From positions 1-64,000 of the forward strand of contig JBBQZX010000030.1 of the NCBI GenBank assembly GCA_038207335.1: a stretch of 64,000 bases of DNA. The letters run 5' to 3'. Under the pieces are notes generated by a model. That model had not been told where the DNA came from and ran no database searches. It worked only from the letters and a program-made list of their open reading frames with translations. Below, piece after piece: positions 1 through 10,053 of the stretch; position 1 is the stretch's first letter; every line of letters starts with the position of its first letter. Origin of the DNA: Chthoniobacterales bacterium (GTDB lineage: Bacteria > Verrucomicrobiota > Verrucomicrobiia > Chthoniobacterales > Chthoniobacteraceae). The translations under genes and the position numbers were made by a program.

Positions 1-822
1 GAATGGAGACAGTATGGTGTTGAAGGTGGTGTTGCCCCGATACTTCACGGCAGCGCTCGCCGCCTGGATCCCGTTCGCAAAGCCGGAGATGACGTTATCG
101 AGTGCGAAGCTCTCGCCACTACAAGAGATCCCGGCTACGCCGTGTCCCAGGATGCGGTTTCTTTCGACGATGCCCGAAGTGGTGATGATGCCTATGTTCA
201 AAAAGCCCGTAGTGTAGAGGCTGTTGGAGATGTCGTTGTCCACGATCCTCGTCGAGCCGGCGCCAGAGGCCGAGATGCCGAAGGTAGTGGTGAGAGCCTG
301 ATTGTATCCGGTGTCCACGATCGTGCAGTGGCGGATTTCGATGCTGGTGGCCTCAACCAGGATGCCGCCGGTCCCACTATTGGAGATGACCATGTCTTCG
401 ATCAGCACTCGTCCCGCCGAGTCATTTTTCTGGAGAAGGATGCCGTGGTTGAAGTTCCGCAAGACGCCATTGCGAATCGTTGTGTGTATCGTGGGAGCGG
501 AGGCCAAACCGACGCCGCGGGTGGTGTTGGTGGCGTCCTGCGGGGCGCTGCTGGAGATGACGTGCCCGCCGAGGTCGAGCGTGACGTCGTCCGCAGCGAT
601 CGTGATGGCCTGCCCCGAGGCCGCGACGGTCGGAGTGAAGACGAGGTCTTTCTTGAGGAGATAATGCCCGGGCTTCTTGATGATGTAGGGCACTCTGGTG
701 ATGGGCGTGGCGGCGATGACTGGCGCGGCGGTTTGCGCGAAGGCAGATCCGTCGGCGAGAATCATTCCGAGTGCCATCAAAGCCAGCACCATCCTGAGAG
801 GGAACAGGTCGCGTGTTTTCAT
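1..822 (-). CDS. secreted right-handed parallel beta-helix repeat protein (3'-partial, runs off window)
   Basis: Manual translation from ATG at 822: MKTRDLFPLRMVLALMALG..., 'PYIIKKPGHYLLKKDL', 'AITIAADDVTLDLGGH', 'TIRNGVLRNFNHGI'. No stop seen down to base 1; not in the ORF track. Confidence 0.7.
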   Translation of the reverse strand, partial: MKTRDLFPLRMVLALMALGMILADGSAFAQTAAPVIAATPITRVPYIIKKPGHYLLKKDLVFTPTVAASGQAITIAADDVTLDLGGHVISSSAPQDATNTTRGVGLASAPTIHTTIRNGVLRNFNHGILLQKNDSAGRVLIEDMVISNSGTGGILVEATSIEIRHCTIVDTGYNQALTTTFGISASGAGSTRIVDNDISNSLYTTGFLNIGIITTSGIVERNRILGHGVAGISCSGESFALDNVISGFANGIQAASAAVKYRGNTTFNTILSPF

Positions 823-1078
823 GTAAAAGTAATACGACTCTGCGCGATCAGCAGCAACGCTGTTTTGACTCTCCCTCCCATTCCCAGCTCTCACCTCGTC
901 CTTAGGTTGCTGCCCCTGCCCAATCCATGTCCACCAAATCGGGACTAGCTCAGCAACTTGGGGACGAGCGGTCACAGATCTTGGGCGGAGTATTTCATCG
1001 CAAGCGGCCCCACCCGCGCCGAGCATAAGTCCGTGCTCCGGAGGCACAGATGCCCGCTGGGAGTCAGCGGGCCAGCTT

Positions 1079-1360
1079 TTACGTCGTGGCGATGGCCCCG
1101 ACGGTCAGACTGACGGTCTCGCAATACATCTCGACGTTTACGTTGCGGTTGATGGAGGTCTTCTTGTCGTCCCCCTCCAGCCCACAGCCAAAGATGCCGA
1201 GACCTCCCAGGGTGAGCGTGAAATAAACGGGTCTCCTTATCCGGCTAGAAACTCCAGCGTGCCGTATTTTTCGAACGCGCTGGAACGGTTGCCGTTAATG
1301 AGGAAGTCATATTCCCAGGCGCAGAATTGGTCGGCGAATTCCTCCGGACCGGAGACGTCA
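1079..1360 (-). pseudogene. frameshifted fragment resembling the C-terminus of phage tail-tube-like (gp19-type) proteins
   Basis: Two frames join as 'PEEFADQFCAWEYDFLINGNRSSAFEKYGTLEFLA' / 'PVYFTLTLGGLGIFG...NRNVNVEMYCETVSL'; stop/frameshift near 1238. Confidence 0.4.
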
Positions 1361-1510
1361 TGGCTTCGTTTCTGTGAAAATGGCGGTCGTGTGATCCCAG
1401 CCTTGCGCGCCCGGTCGCATCACGGGCACGTCGGACAACACCGACCAGCCACGCTCCGGTCGGAACTCATAATTTCTAAGGTCCGCAACGAGCCGTCCGT
1501 CATAGCTTTG

Positions 1511-1963
1511 ATGAAACTCTTCTCCTTCTTCGCCTTTCTTCTGCTGACCTGCCCGGTGACCGGGTCCGCGCTCAGTGCACCCATCGATCGCGACATCAAT
1601 TTTCCGAAGGACTACGATCCAGCGCGGGCGGAAGCGATTCGTGCCGTCATTCGCGACCAGCGGTTCCAGTTCGTCGGCGGGGTCGTCAGCTACTGGGAGC
1701 CGGATTTCGGCACGCGGCTGAGTTTCAACGGCGATGCCGCATCGCTCAATGACTTCGTGGTGGCATTGCGCAAGCTCGCCGGTATCAGTCTGCGCGTGAT
1801 CCTGTATGCGGGCCGCAATGACGAACTGCGGCGCGACAGTCCCTGGCAGCTCGATTATTCCCAGGCGCGACCGAACCAGCTCACCATCTATTTGAATCTC
1901 CACGCGGCGGACTTCGCTTTCGACAAAGTGACGCTGCCCGAGTGGCCGCCCGTTCAGCCGTAG
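1511..1963 (+). CDS. secreted hypothetical protein
   Basis: ORF 1259..1963; likely start at MKLFSFFAFLLL signal peptide. Confidence 0.65.
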   Translation: MKLFSFFAFLLLTCPVTGSALSAPIDRDINFPKDYDPARAEAIRAVIRDQRFQFVGGVVSYWEPDFGTRLSFNGDAASLNDFVVALRKLAGISLRVILYAGRNDELRRDSPWQLDYSQARPNQLTIYLNLHAADFAFDKVTLPEWPPVQP

Positions 1964-2083
1964 CATTTCACGCCACCGGTCCTCGCCCGCTGTGGTCAGA
2001 TCGGAATGCCGGGGCCGACGTGGCAGCATCGGACGCGCGTCACGGCGATTGCCGCCGCCCCGCGCCTGGAGGAGGATGGGCGC

Positions 2084-3424
2084 ATGTCTCTCCCGATCTT
2101 TCGCATCGTGCTGGCGGTCATGCTGCTCGGGTCCTCGTCCTTCGGCGCGGGCGGTCTGCTCGTGGTGGCACCGCGCGCGTTCGGCAGGGCGCTCGACGAT
2201 TTTATGGCGGACAAAAAGACGCGGCTTCCCGCGGAGCTGGTCTTTATCGAAGACATCCTCGCGTCGTCCAGCGGCGTGGATGACGCGGAGAAGCTGAAAC
2301 GTTTTCTCTACGAGCGCTGGCAGGCGGGAAAGCTCGCGTATGTACTGCTCGCGGGCGATGCGGATATGCTGCCGGTGCGGTATATGGTGCTCGATCGCGT
2401 TACCCCGGCGGCGTTCGATTATTCGTTCTACCCGAGCGATCTCTACTACGCGGATCTCGCGAAGGCGGACGGTTCCTTCGAGGATTGGAATGCGCAGCAC
2501 GAGGGGTTTCACGCGGGTTATTTCGGCGAAGTGCGCGGGGAGAAGAACAAGGGCGACGCGATAAATTTCGACGGCATCGACTACCTGCCGGAGGTGGCCG
2601 TGGGCCGCTGGCCGGTGAGCACGGCGGAAGAGGCTGGCACCGTGGCGGCGAAGACGATTGCTGCGGCAAAACAGCACGCGGCGCGCACGAGCGAACGGCG
2701 CAACGCGGTCTTCATCGGCACCACCGGCTGGGTGGACACCCGCGGGCACTTCGACGGGATCGAGGCGCAGTTGCGCGGCGACTGGCAGGTCGAGCGCCGC
2801 CTCTTCCAGCGTGCGACGAAAGCGGAGCCAAATGAACCGGAACTCATCGCGCTGTGGAATCGCGGGAATGATTTGATCCTGCACGCGGGGCACGGGCAAC
2901 CGGGCGATTGGGACCAATGCTTCTCCGTCCGCGCGCTGCCGAAGCTCACGCCGACAGATCGGCTTCCCGTGGTGTTCTCCGCTGGCTGCAGCACGGCGTA
3001 TTTCGCCGCGCTCGCGCCCTACGATGGCTACATGGATGCCGCCGGTGCGGAACACGCGGGAAGCGATCACGGCGAAGTCTTCACCGCTCCGCCGCCCCCG
3101 CCCGCGAACTATCAGCGCGGAAAGTTCAACAAGACCGGCCTCGGCGAGGAACTTCTCCGCCTGCCTGGCAGAGGCGCCGTGGCCTATCTGGGCTGCAATA
3201 CCGGAAGCCAGCCGTGCGGACTCACGCTGCAACGCGGATTCGTCGAAGCCCTCGCGCAATCGCCGCACTTCCGTCTGGGCGACGCGTGGAATGAGGCAAT
3301 CCGCTACTACCACGAGCACGAGCGCCTCGCGGAATTGAAGCCCGACTCTGGCTGGTATCCGCCCTCGATTTTCTTTCAGGGCATGAAGTTCATGCTCTTC
3401 GGTGATCCCAGTCTGGAGCTCTGA
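2084..3424 (+). CDS. C25 family (gingipain-like) cysteine peptidase
   Basis: 'YVLLAGD', 'SDLYYADL', 'PEVAVGRWPV', catalytic 'HAGHG' and 'AGCST', terminal 'LFGDPSL'; GGAGG RBS before ATG 2084; signal peptide. Confidence 0.85.
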   Translation: MSLPIFRIVLAVMLLGSSSFGAGGLLVVAPRAFGRALDDFMADKKTRLPAELVFIEDILASSSGVDDAEKLKRFLYERWQAGKLAYVLLAGDADMLPVRYMVLDRVTPAAFDYSFYPSDLYYADLAKADGSFEDWNAQHEGFHAGYFGEVRGEKNKGDAINFDGIDYLPEVAVGRWPVSTAEEAGTVAAKTIAAAKQHAARTSERRNAVFIGTTGWVDTRGHFDGIEAQLRGDWQVERRLFQRATKAEPNEPELIALWNRGNDLILHAGHGQPGDWDQCFSVRALPKLTPTDRLPVVFSAGCSTAYFAALAPYDGYMDAAGAEHAGSDHGEVFTAPPPPPANYQRGKFNKTGLGEELLRLPGRGAVAYLGCNTGSQPCGLTLQRGFVEALAQSPHFRLGDAWNEAIRYYHEHERLAELKPDSGWYPPSIFFQGMKFMLFGDPSLEL

Positions 3425-3600
3425 AATGTTTGAGGTTTACCCCCGTGCACCTGCGCGCCGGTCTGACTCCGCATCAGAATCCCGAAATGGATCATATCTC
3501 CGAGGTATGCGTGGATATTAAAACGGTTGCCTCCAGTCTGCGCGGCAAAAGGAATTCTTTCGTTCCAACACAAACCCCGGTGCTGTGGGGGGAAAGGGCG

Positions 3601-6600
3601 CTATCTTCGCGCCAACACGCGGGGGCGGGTGGCGAGCAGTGTGCGGAGGGTTTCGAGATCGATGGGTTTTACAAGGTGAGCGTCGAAACCGGCTTCGCAA
3701 CTTTGGGCGCGGTCTTCGGCGCTGGCGTAGCCGGTCATGGCGATGAGGAAGGTGTCTGCGAGGGCGGGTGTGGCGCGGATTTGGCGCGCGACTTCGTAGC
3801 CATCCATGCCGGGGAGGCCGATGTCGAGGAGCACGACTTCCGGGAGAAATTCGGCGGCGGCGGCGAGGGCCTCGGGGCCGGTGAAAGCGGTGCGGGTGTG
3901 GTGGCCACGACGGCTTTGAAGCGTGGCGAGGCTGCGCGCGGAGTCGGTGTTGTCATCGACGATGAGGATGCGGCGCGAGGCAGCTTGCGCGACTGGTGGC
4001 GGCGGGAGGGGCGCGGGCGGCGGCGCTTTGTCGACGACGGGCAGGCGGATGATGAACTCGGAGCCGTGGCCGAGCCCTTCGCTGCGCGCTTCGATGCTGC
4101 CTTCGTGCATCTTCACCAGCCGCTTCACGAGCGTGAGGCCGATGCCGAGGCCGCCGTGCGCGCGATCGAGAGTGCGGCTGGACTGCACGAAAAGATCGAA
4201 GATGCGCGGGAGCAATTCGGGCGCGATGCCCGCGCCGTCGTCTTGCACGCGGACGATGACTTCGCGGTCGGCGAGTTCAGTTTGCACCGCGATGTGGCAG
4301 CCTTCGCCGCCGTATTTGCAGGCGTTGGTGAGCAGGTTTCCGAAGACCTGCTCGAGACGCGTGGCGTCGGCGTCGAGCCAGACCGGCGCGGGCGGGAGTG
4401 AGAGCGCGAGATCCTGCTTCCGCGCGGCGCACCCTGAGCGCGCGAGGCTGACGGCGGCGGTGAGAATCGCCTCGAGCGCGACGGGGGTTTTGCGCAGTTC
4501 GATCTTTCCTTTGGTGATGCGGGAGACGTCGAGAAGATCGTCGATCATCCGGCTCATGTTTTCGATCTGCCGGCCGATGATGCGCTGCGCCTGCTCCTGT
4601 TCTCCGGCGGTGGAACCGCGGGTCTGCAAAATCTCCGCGGCGTTGCGCAGCGGTGCGAGCGGGTTGCGCAGCTCGTGCGCGAGCATGGCGAGGAATTCAT
4701 CTTTGCTCCGGTCGGCCTCTGCGAGGTCGGCCACGCGATCGGCCAGCGCCGTCTCGATGCGCTTGAGTTCGCTCACGTCGGTATTGGTGCCAAACCACTG
4801 GAGCACTCGCCCATCGTCGCCCTTCATCGGGATGACGCGGGTGAGAAAATCGCGGAAAATGCCATCCGCACCGCGCAAGGGGAAGGTCATGTCGAAGGGC
4901 TCGCCGGTGTCGATGGATTTTTTCCAGCGCTCCACCACTCCGGGCAGCTCCTCGGGGTGGTGGACTTTCTCCCAGCCCCAGCCCTCCATCTCCTCCGGCG
5001 TTGTGCCAGTGTAATCGTACCAGCGCTGGTTGTACCAATAGATGTGCCCGTCGGCACGGGCGATCCAAGCGAGCTGGTTGATCGCATCTGCCATCATCCG
5101 GAAGCGCGCTTCGCTCTCGTGCAGCGCGGATTCGATCCGAACGCGCTCGAGCCGCGTCCACACCCGGGTCGAGAGTTCGCGCGCGAGCTCGATTTCCTCG
5201 GGCTGCCAGTCGTGCGGCTCGGAGTGATGGATGTTTAGGAGGAAACGACACTGCCCGTCGCGGGTCAGCGGCATGCAGACGAATGCTCCCATCTTCAACG
5301 TCTCATAGCGCGATGCGTCGGCACGTGAATCAGCTCCGGTATCGCGCACGATGAACGGCTTTCCGTCGCGCAAAGTCTTTTGGAAATCCGGAGTGAGATA
5401 TTCGGACAGTTGATAACTCCCAATCGAGCTGGGCACGTCGGGACGATGCCACGCGTAGCTCACCACCGCCTCGTTCCCGGCTTCGCAAATGTCCACGAAA
5501 TTCACCAGAGAAAGCCCGAGATGCGCGCCGAGCCGGGCCAGGATCGTTTCCATGATCTCGGAGACAGTGGAAAGATTCGACAAATCCTCGCTCGCCGAGG
5601 CAAGAAAGCTGCCGTCGAGTTCCGCCCGACGACGGGCGGTGATATCCCGGGAGACGGCGAGCAGCCTCACGGGCACGCCGCTGGCATCGCCGATGGGAGA
5701 AATGGCGACGTCGAACCATTTCGCCTCACCCGCAGGAGTGACTGACAAGCCGACCATGCTGCCATTGCCGCCAGCCCCAGCCGCGGCGACGGCCGCCTGC
5801 GCAGCTTCACGGTGCTCGCCTTTCCAAAAATCAATCCAACTCATGCCGATGTAGCGCTTGATGTCCACGATCCCCAGCAATCGCTGTCCATGCGGCGACA
5901 TCGAGAGAAGCAGCCCCTCCAGATCGAGCACCTTCATGCAGTCCATGCTGCTCTCGACGATGCTGCGGTTGAAATTTTCACTCTCCCGCAAGGCCATGGC
6001 CGCCCGTTCGCTCTCGGTCACATCCGAGAAATAGCAGGCCACGCCGTGACCGCCCGCAGGCATTGCGATGCGCTGGGTCTCCCATTCGTACGATTTTTCC
6101 TCTCCGAGATCTTGCCTCGTCTGGGTGAAGCGCGGCGAGACGTAGCGCTCCCCGGTCGCAAGTGTGTGGCGGAAAATTTCCACGAGTTCGGGGCCGACTT
6201 CCGGCCCCCAAAGAGTTTTCATCACCTCGTCAAAATCACGCCCGATGACTGGCTCTACCGATGCGAAGGTCGGACGCGCACCAGCACTCACCTGCAACAC
6301 GCGGAATTCTGCATCGACCACATACACGCCACCGGGCGCCTGCGCGATCAGCGAGGAGAAAAGCGCTTCATTTTGCCGGATGCCCTCCTCCGCGAGACGC
6401 TGCTCGGTGATGTCGCGGACCACGCCGAGCAGACCGGAGGGCACGCCATCTTTCCCCAACATACGGCTCACGGATGTCTCGACGAAAATCTCCTCCCCGC
6501 TGCGTTTGACGTGGATGCTGCGGCCTAGCCAATGACCGGTTTCGCGCAGCGCCGTGAGCGCGTGTTCCTCGTCTTCGGGAGCCAGCCAGCGATTTTCGTA

Positions 6601-6930
6601 AACGTCGGTGAGCGAGCGCCCGAGCGCTTCCGATGTCAGTACGCCGTATTGCCGTTCGGCGGCGGCGTTGAGGTAAATGACGTGTCGATTTTCATCGAGC
6701 GCGACGATGGCCTCGCTGACCTTTTCCAGAATGTCGCTGCGGAAGCGGTTCGCACCGGCGTCGGTGCTCTGCAGCACGAAAAGCTGCGGGCCGGCCGCGC
6801 TCTCCACCACGAGCGCATCGACCTCGCCGCAGCGAATGGCGCGCAGCGTTTCCTCGGTCTCCTCCAAGCGCGCACGGAGGTCCGCGATCTCGGCGCGGAG
6901 CGTGTTTTCGGTCGGAGTCGTCGAGGACAT
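3601..6930 (-). CDS. hybrid sensor histidine kinase (multiple PAS, GAF, HisKA, HATPase, REC)
   Basis: H-box 'FLAMLAHELRNPL', N-box 'NLLTNACKY', 'DDGAGI', 'GGLGIGL', receiver 'ILIVDDN...LLDIGLPGMDGY...KPI'; PAS/PAC 'RDITEQR' motifs. Confidence 0.95.
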   Translation of the reverse strand: MSSTTPTENTLRAEIADLRARLEETEETLRAIRCGEVDALVVESAAGPQLFVLQSTDAGANRFRSDILEKVSEAIVALDENRHVIYLNAAAERQYGVLTSEALGRSLTDVYENRWLAPEDEEHALTALRETGHWLGRSIHVKRSGEEIFVETSVSRMLGKDGVPSGLLGVVRDITEQRLAEEGIRQNEALFSSLIAQAPGGVYVVDAEFRVLQVSAGARPTFASVEPVIGRDFDEVMKTLWGPEVGPELVEIFRHTLATGERYVSPRFTQTRQDLGEEKSYEWETQRIAMPAGGHGVACYFSDVTESERAAMALRESENFNRSIVESSMDCMKVLDLEGLLLSMSPHGQRLLGIVDIKRYIGMSWIDFWKGEHREAAQAAVAAAGAGGNGSMVGLSVTPAGEAKWFDVAISPIGDASGVPVRLLAVSRDITARRRAELDGSFLASASEDLSNLSTVSEIMETILARLGAHLGLSLVNFVDICEAGNEAVVSYAWHRPDVPSSIGSYQLSEYLTPDFQKTLRDGKPFIVRDTGADSRADASRYETLKMGAFVCMPLTRDGQCRFLLNIHHSEPHDWQPEEIELARELSTRVWTRLERVRIESALHESEARFRMMADAINQLAWIARADGHIYWYNQRWYDYTGTTPEEMEGWGWEKVHHPEELPGVVERWKKSIDTGEPFDMTFPLRGADGIFRDFLTRVIPMKGDDGRVLQWFGTNTDVSELKRIETALADRVADLAEADRSKDEFLAMLAHELRNPLAPLRNAAEILQTRGSTAGEQEQAQRIIGRQIENMSRMIDDLLDVSRITKGKIELRKTPVALEAILTAAVSLARSGCAARKQDLALSLPPAPVWLDADATRLEQVFGNLLTNACKYGGEGCHIAVQTELADREVIVRVQDDGAGIAPELLPRIFDLFVQSSRTLDRAHGGLGIGLTLVKRLVKMHEGSIEARSEGLGHGSEFIIRLPVVDKAPPPAPLPPPPVAQAASRRILIVDDNTDSARSLATLQSRRGHHTRTAFTGPEALAAAAEFLPEVVLLDIGLPGMDGYEVARQIRATPALADTFLIAMTGYASAEDRAQSCEAGFDAHLVKPIDLETLRTLLATRPRVLARR

Positions 6931-6957
6931 GGAAAACCCGGAGGTGCGCGAAGCAGG

Positions 6958-7302
6958 TCAGCTTTTCCCGCGCAGATCGAGGCCGATCAGGATACGCTCG
7001 GTTTGCGACATGTCGCCGATAAAGCGGCGCAGGGGCAGCGGGAGTTGCTTGATCAAAGTCGGCGCCGCGATGATCTGCTCGGTTGCAGTGATGCCCGGAT
7101 TTTTCGAGAGGTCCACGACCTCCAGGTCGTAGCGCCCGGCGAGATGCTCCTCGCAGATTTTCCGGATATTCACGATCGCGCGGGTGGAATGAACCGTCAC
7201 GCCGGCGATGTAGAGGACAAGCACGTAATGAGCGTCCGGGTCGCCCGCGGAGGCGGCGTCGAATGCCGCGGTTTCATCGGGAGCCGGGCGCCTCGGTTGC
7301 AT
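6958..7302 (-). CDS. kaiB: KaiB family protein (second copy)
   Basis: 'YVLVLYIAG', 'CEEHLAGRYDLEVVD', 'IIAAPTLIKQLPLPLRRFIGDMS'. Confidence 0.9.
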   Translation of the reverse strand: MQPRRPAPDETAAFDAASAGDPDAHYVLVLYIAGVTVHSTRAIVNIRKICEEHLAGRYDLEVVDLSKNPGITATEQIIAAPTLIKQLPLPLRRFIGDMSQTERILIGLDLRGKS

Positions 7303-7309
7303 GCAAAGT

Positions 7310-7603
7310 TCAGCCTTTCACGGCCTGCACATCGAGTCCCACGAGCACCCGATCTTCATTGGAAAGGTCGCCGATGATTTTTTTGATCGGCTCCGGCAGG
7401 CGGCGCACCAGCGTCGGCACTGCAAGAATCTGATCGCCCGCGGCGAGTTGCGGCGTCTTCAGGAGATCGATGACTTCGATGCGATACTCGCCCGCCAGAT
7501 GGGTCTCGCAGATGCGCTTGAGATTGGCAAAGGCCGTGAGCGACTTCGTCGTCTGGCCGGCGACGTAGAGGCGCAGTTCGAATTTCTTGGCCGGTGAGCT
7601 CAT
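7310..7603 (-). CDS. kaiB: KaiB family protein
   Basis: '[12 protein letters not shown]', '[23 protein letters not shown]'; overlaps the kaiC stop. Confidence 0.93.
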   Translation of the reverse strand: MSSPAKKFELRLYVAGQTTKSLTAFANLKRICETHLAGEYRIEVIDLLKTPQLAAGDQILAVPTLVRRLPEPIKKIIGDLSNEDRVLVGLDVQAVKG

Positions 7604-9325
7604 CGTTCGGTCTTCGTCTTACTGCTGCGCCTCCGGCCCATGGTTTCCGAGCTTTGCCGTGAGGAGGTTTCCTGCGCCGTTTCCCGCGCGATGGCAAAAT
7701 TGACCTCTGCTGCTTCCGCATCCGCCTCGGCGCGAAGGGCGGCGATCTGCGCATCGATCGCCCTTCGTTTGCTCGCGAGTTGCCGCAGCTTTTGCGCGTG
7801 ATCCTGCCGCCGCAGGTCACCGTCAGCGCGCTCCCGCGCCTCCTGCGCGACCCGCGCCGTGCCGGTGAGCACGCGGTCGTTACCGAGATACACCTCGACG
7901 AGATCGATGCCTTCACTGCTCAGCACAAACTCCCGCACTTGATTCGAGTGCGCCATCCCGCGCGCCTTCAGCACGTAGATCGTGCGATTGCGTTCGCCGT
8001 TGAATTCCACATTTCGCAGCAGCAGCCACGCATCCATGAGCGACGACACGCCGACCTGCGAATCCTCCGGAGCATTGGTGGCACCTCCGCCATGCGTGAG
8101 GCTCGTGAAGACCGCGGTGATCTCCTTGCTCTTCAAAAAATCGATGAGCCGCATCAGCGCCGGCTTCACCTCCGCTTCGCTGTGCTCCAGCGTGAGATTG
8201 CTGATCGGATCCACCGCTACCACCGCGGGCTGAAAGTCGCGCACCATGTCATGCATCATCACGAGATGCTGCTCCAGCCCCTGCAGCGACGGGCGCGAAG
8301 AGTGGATTTGCAGGAGGCCCTTTTTTACCCACCTCTCGAGCTCGATCCGGATGGAGCGCATGTTGCGCACGATCTGCGTGGCGCTTTCCTCGTAGGCGAA
8401 AAGCAGCGCGCGTTCGCCCCGCCGGCACGCCGTCTCCACGAATTTCGCCGCGATGCTGCTCTTCCCCGTGCCCGGCGCCCCCGAGATGAGCACGCTGCTG
8501 CCGCGGAAGACCCCCTTGCCCCCCGAGCATTTCATCCAGCCGCGCGATCCCGGTAGGCACGCGCTGCGCCGGCGCCGCGTGATCGAGCCGCAGCGAGCTG
8601 ATCGGCAGCACCGAGAGCCCGCGCTCGCCGATGAGAAAAGGATACTCGTTCATGCCGTGCGCCGTACCGCGATATTTCAGCACGCGCAGCCGCCGCGTGG
8701 AGATCTGATCGCGGATGCGCTGATCCAGAATGATCACGCAATCGGCCACATACTCCTCCAGCCCGTAGCGCGTCAGCGACGCCTCGCCGCGCTCCCCGGT
8801 GATCACCGCCGTCATCCCGCGATTCTTCAGCCAGCGGAAAAGCCGGCGCAACTCCGCCCGCAGGATCGAGTGATTCGGCAGACCCGCGAAAAGCGCCTCC
8901 AGCGTATCCAGCACCACCCGCTTCGCCCCGATCGAGTCGATCGCGTGCCCCAGCCGGATGAACAACCCCTCCAAGTCATACTCACCCGTCTCCTCGATCT
9001 CACTCCGCTCGATGTGCACATGCTCGAGCCGCAGTTTGTTCTGCGCCAACAGCTTCGTAAGATCGAACCCGAGCGAGCGCACATTCGCCGTGAGCTCCTC
9101 CGCATTTTCCTCGAACATCACGAACACGCCCGGCTCGCCGAACTCCATCGCGCCGTGCACGAGAAACTCCATCGCCAGCATCGTCTTCCCACTGCCCGCG
9201 CTCCCGCACACCAGCGTCGGCCGCCCCGCCGGGAAGCCTCCGCCGGTGATTTCATCGAGCCCGCTGATACCCGTAAGAGCCTTGGGGAGAGTGGGATTTG
9301 GCTGTTGGGACTTTCTTTTTGCCAT
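7600..9325 (-). pseudogene. kaiC: KaiC (double RecA-like ATPase), split by a +1 frameshift (pseudogene or sequencing error)
   Basis: CI: 'TGISGLDEITGGG', Walker A 'GSAGSGKT', 'FEE', 'LKYRG'. CII: 'GAPGTGKS', 'YEES', 'LKARG'. Removing one C from the run at 8519-8524 gives a 574-aa protein reading 'LDEMLGGKGVFRGSSVL'. Confidence 0.92.
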
Positions 9326-9442
9326 AGAGGTGCGGACATTCGTGGGACGGAACCGGCATTCAAGAAATTTCCATCGTGAAATGAAAAACCTGCGGCGACG
9401 TTGGGTCTATCACTGTCGGTAAATAGTTCGCTTACACTACGG

Positions 9443-9471
9443 AAAAACCCCGCGCATCGAAATGCGCGGGG
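9443..9471 (-). terminator. intrinsic terminator
   Basis: ccccgcgcat-cgaa-atgcgcgggg stem followed by T5 on the minus strand, just after the stop at 9501. Confidence 0.8.
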
Positions 9472-9500
9472 CCTCCTAACTCTTTGTGTTTGCGGAAGCC

Positions 9501-10025
9501 TTAAGCGGTAGGCGCGCTGGCCTCGCTTACGGTGCTGATGTCTTCAGCGCCCTCAGCTTTGTAAATGTCCTTCGCGCGATCGAGCTGGTCACCGTTGTTG
9601 CCGTGAGCCGAGATCAAGTAATTCCCCTTCCTCAGCTTGTCTTCATAGCGTTTCGCTTCGATCTCGGGGATGCCGAGGCCGATCAAACCCCCGACGACAC
9701 AGCCGGTCGTGGCGCCGAGCGCCGCGCCGCTCAGCGCGGCCATGATCGGGCCCGCTGCGATGAAGGGGCCGACGCCCGGGATGGCAAGCGCGCCGATGCC
9801 CGCAAGCAGGCCGAGCGCGCCGCCGGCGACGCCGCCGGTTGTGACACCAGCCGTGACGCCTTCCGACGCCTTCGTCGATTTGACGTGGCCGAAGTCGCCG
9901 GTGCCCGACGCATCGGGGAGGAGCACAGAGATTTCGGAATCCGCAAAGCCTTGCGACTTGAGCCGCGTGACGATGCGTTCAGCCTGGCCTTGGGTGGTTG
10001 CAATACAGAATACAGATTTTGACAT
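9501..10025 (-). CDS. general-stress-type glycine-zipper membrane protein
   Basis: 'GGALGLLAGIGALAIPGVGPFIAAGP', 'GLGIPEIEAKRYE'. Confidence 0.8.
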   Translation of the reverse strand: MSKSVFCIATTQGQAERIVTRLKSQGFADSEISVLLPDASGTGDFGHVKSTKASEGVTAGVTTGGVAGGALGLLAGIGALAIPGVGPFIAAGPIMAALSGAALGATTGCVVGGLIGLGIPEIEAKRYEDKLRKGNYLISAHGNNGDQLDRAKDIYKAEGAEDISTVSEASAPTA

Positions 10026-10053
10026 GGGTAATGTTTGGGTTGGTTGTTGTGGT

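Noticed and set aside
1358..3319. Long antisense ORFs (also 17229-18986, 22707-24683, 40894-42399, 57125-58507)
   Set aside because: Shadow frames of well-supported high-GC genes, with no motifs of their own.
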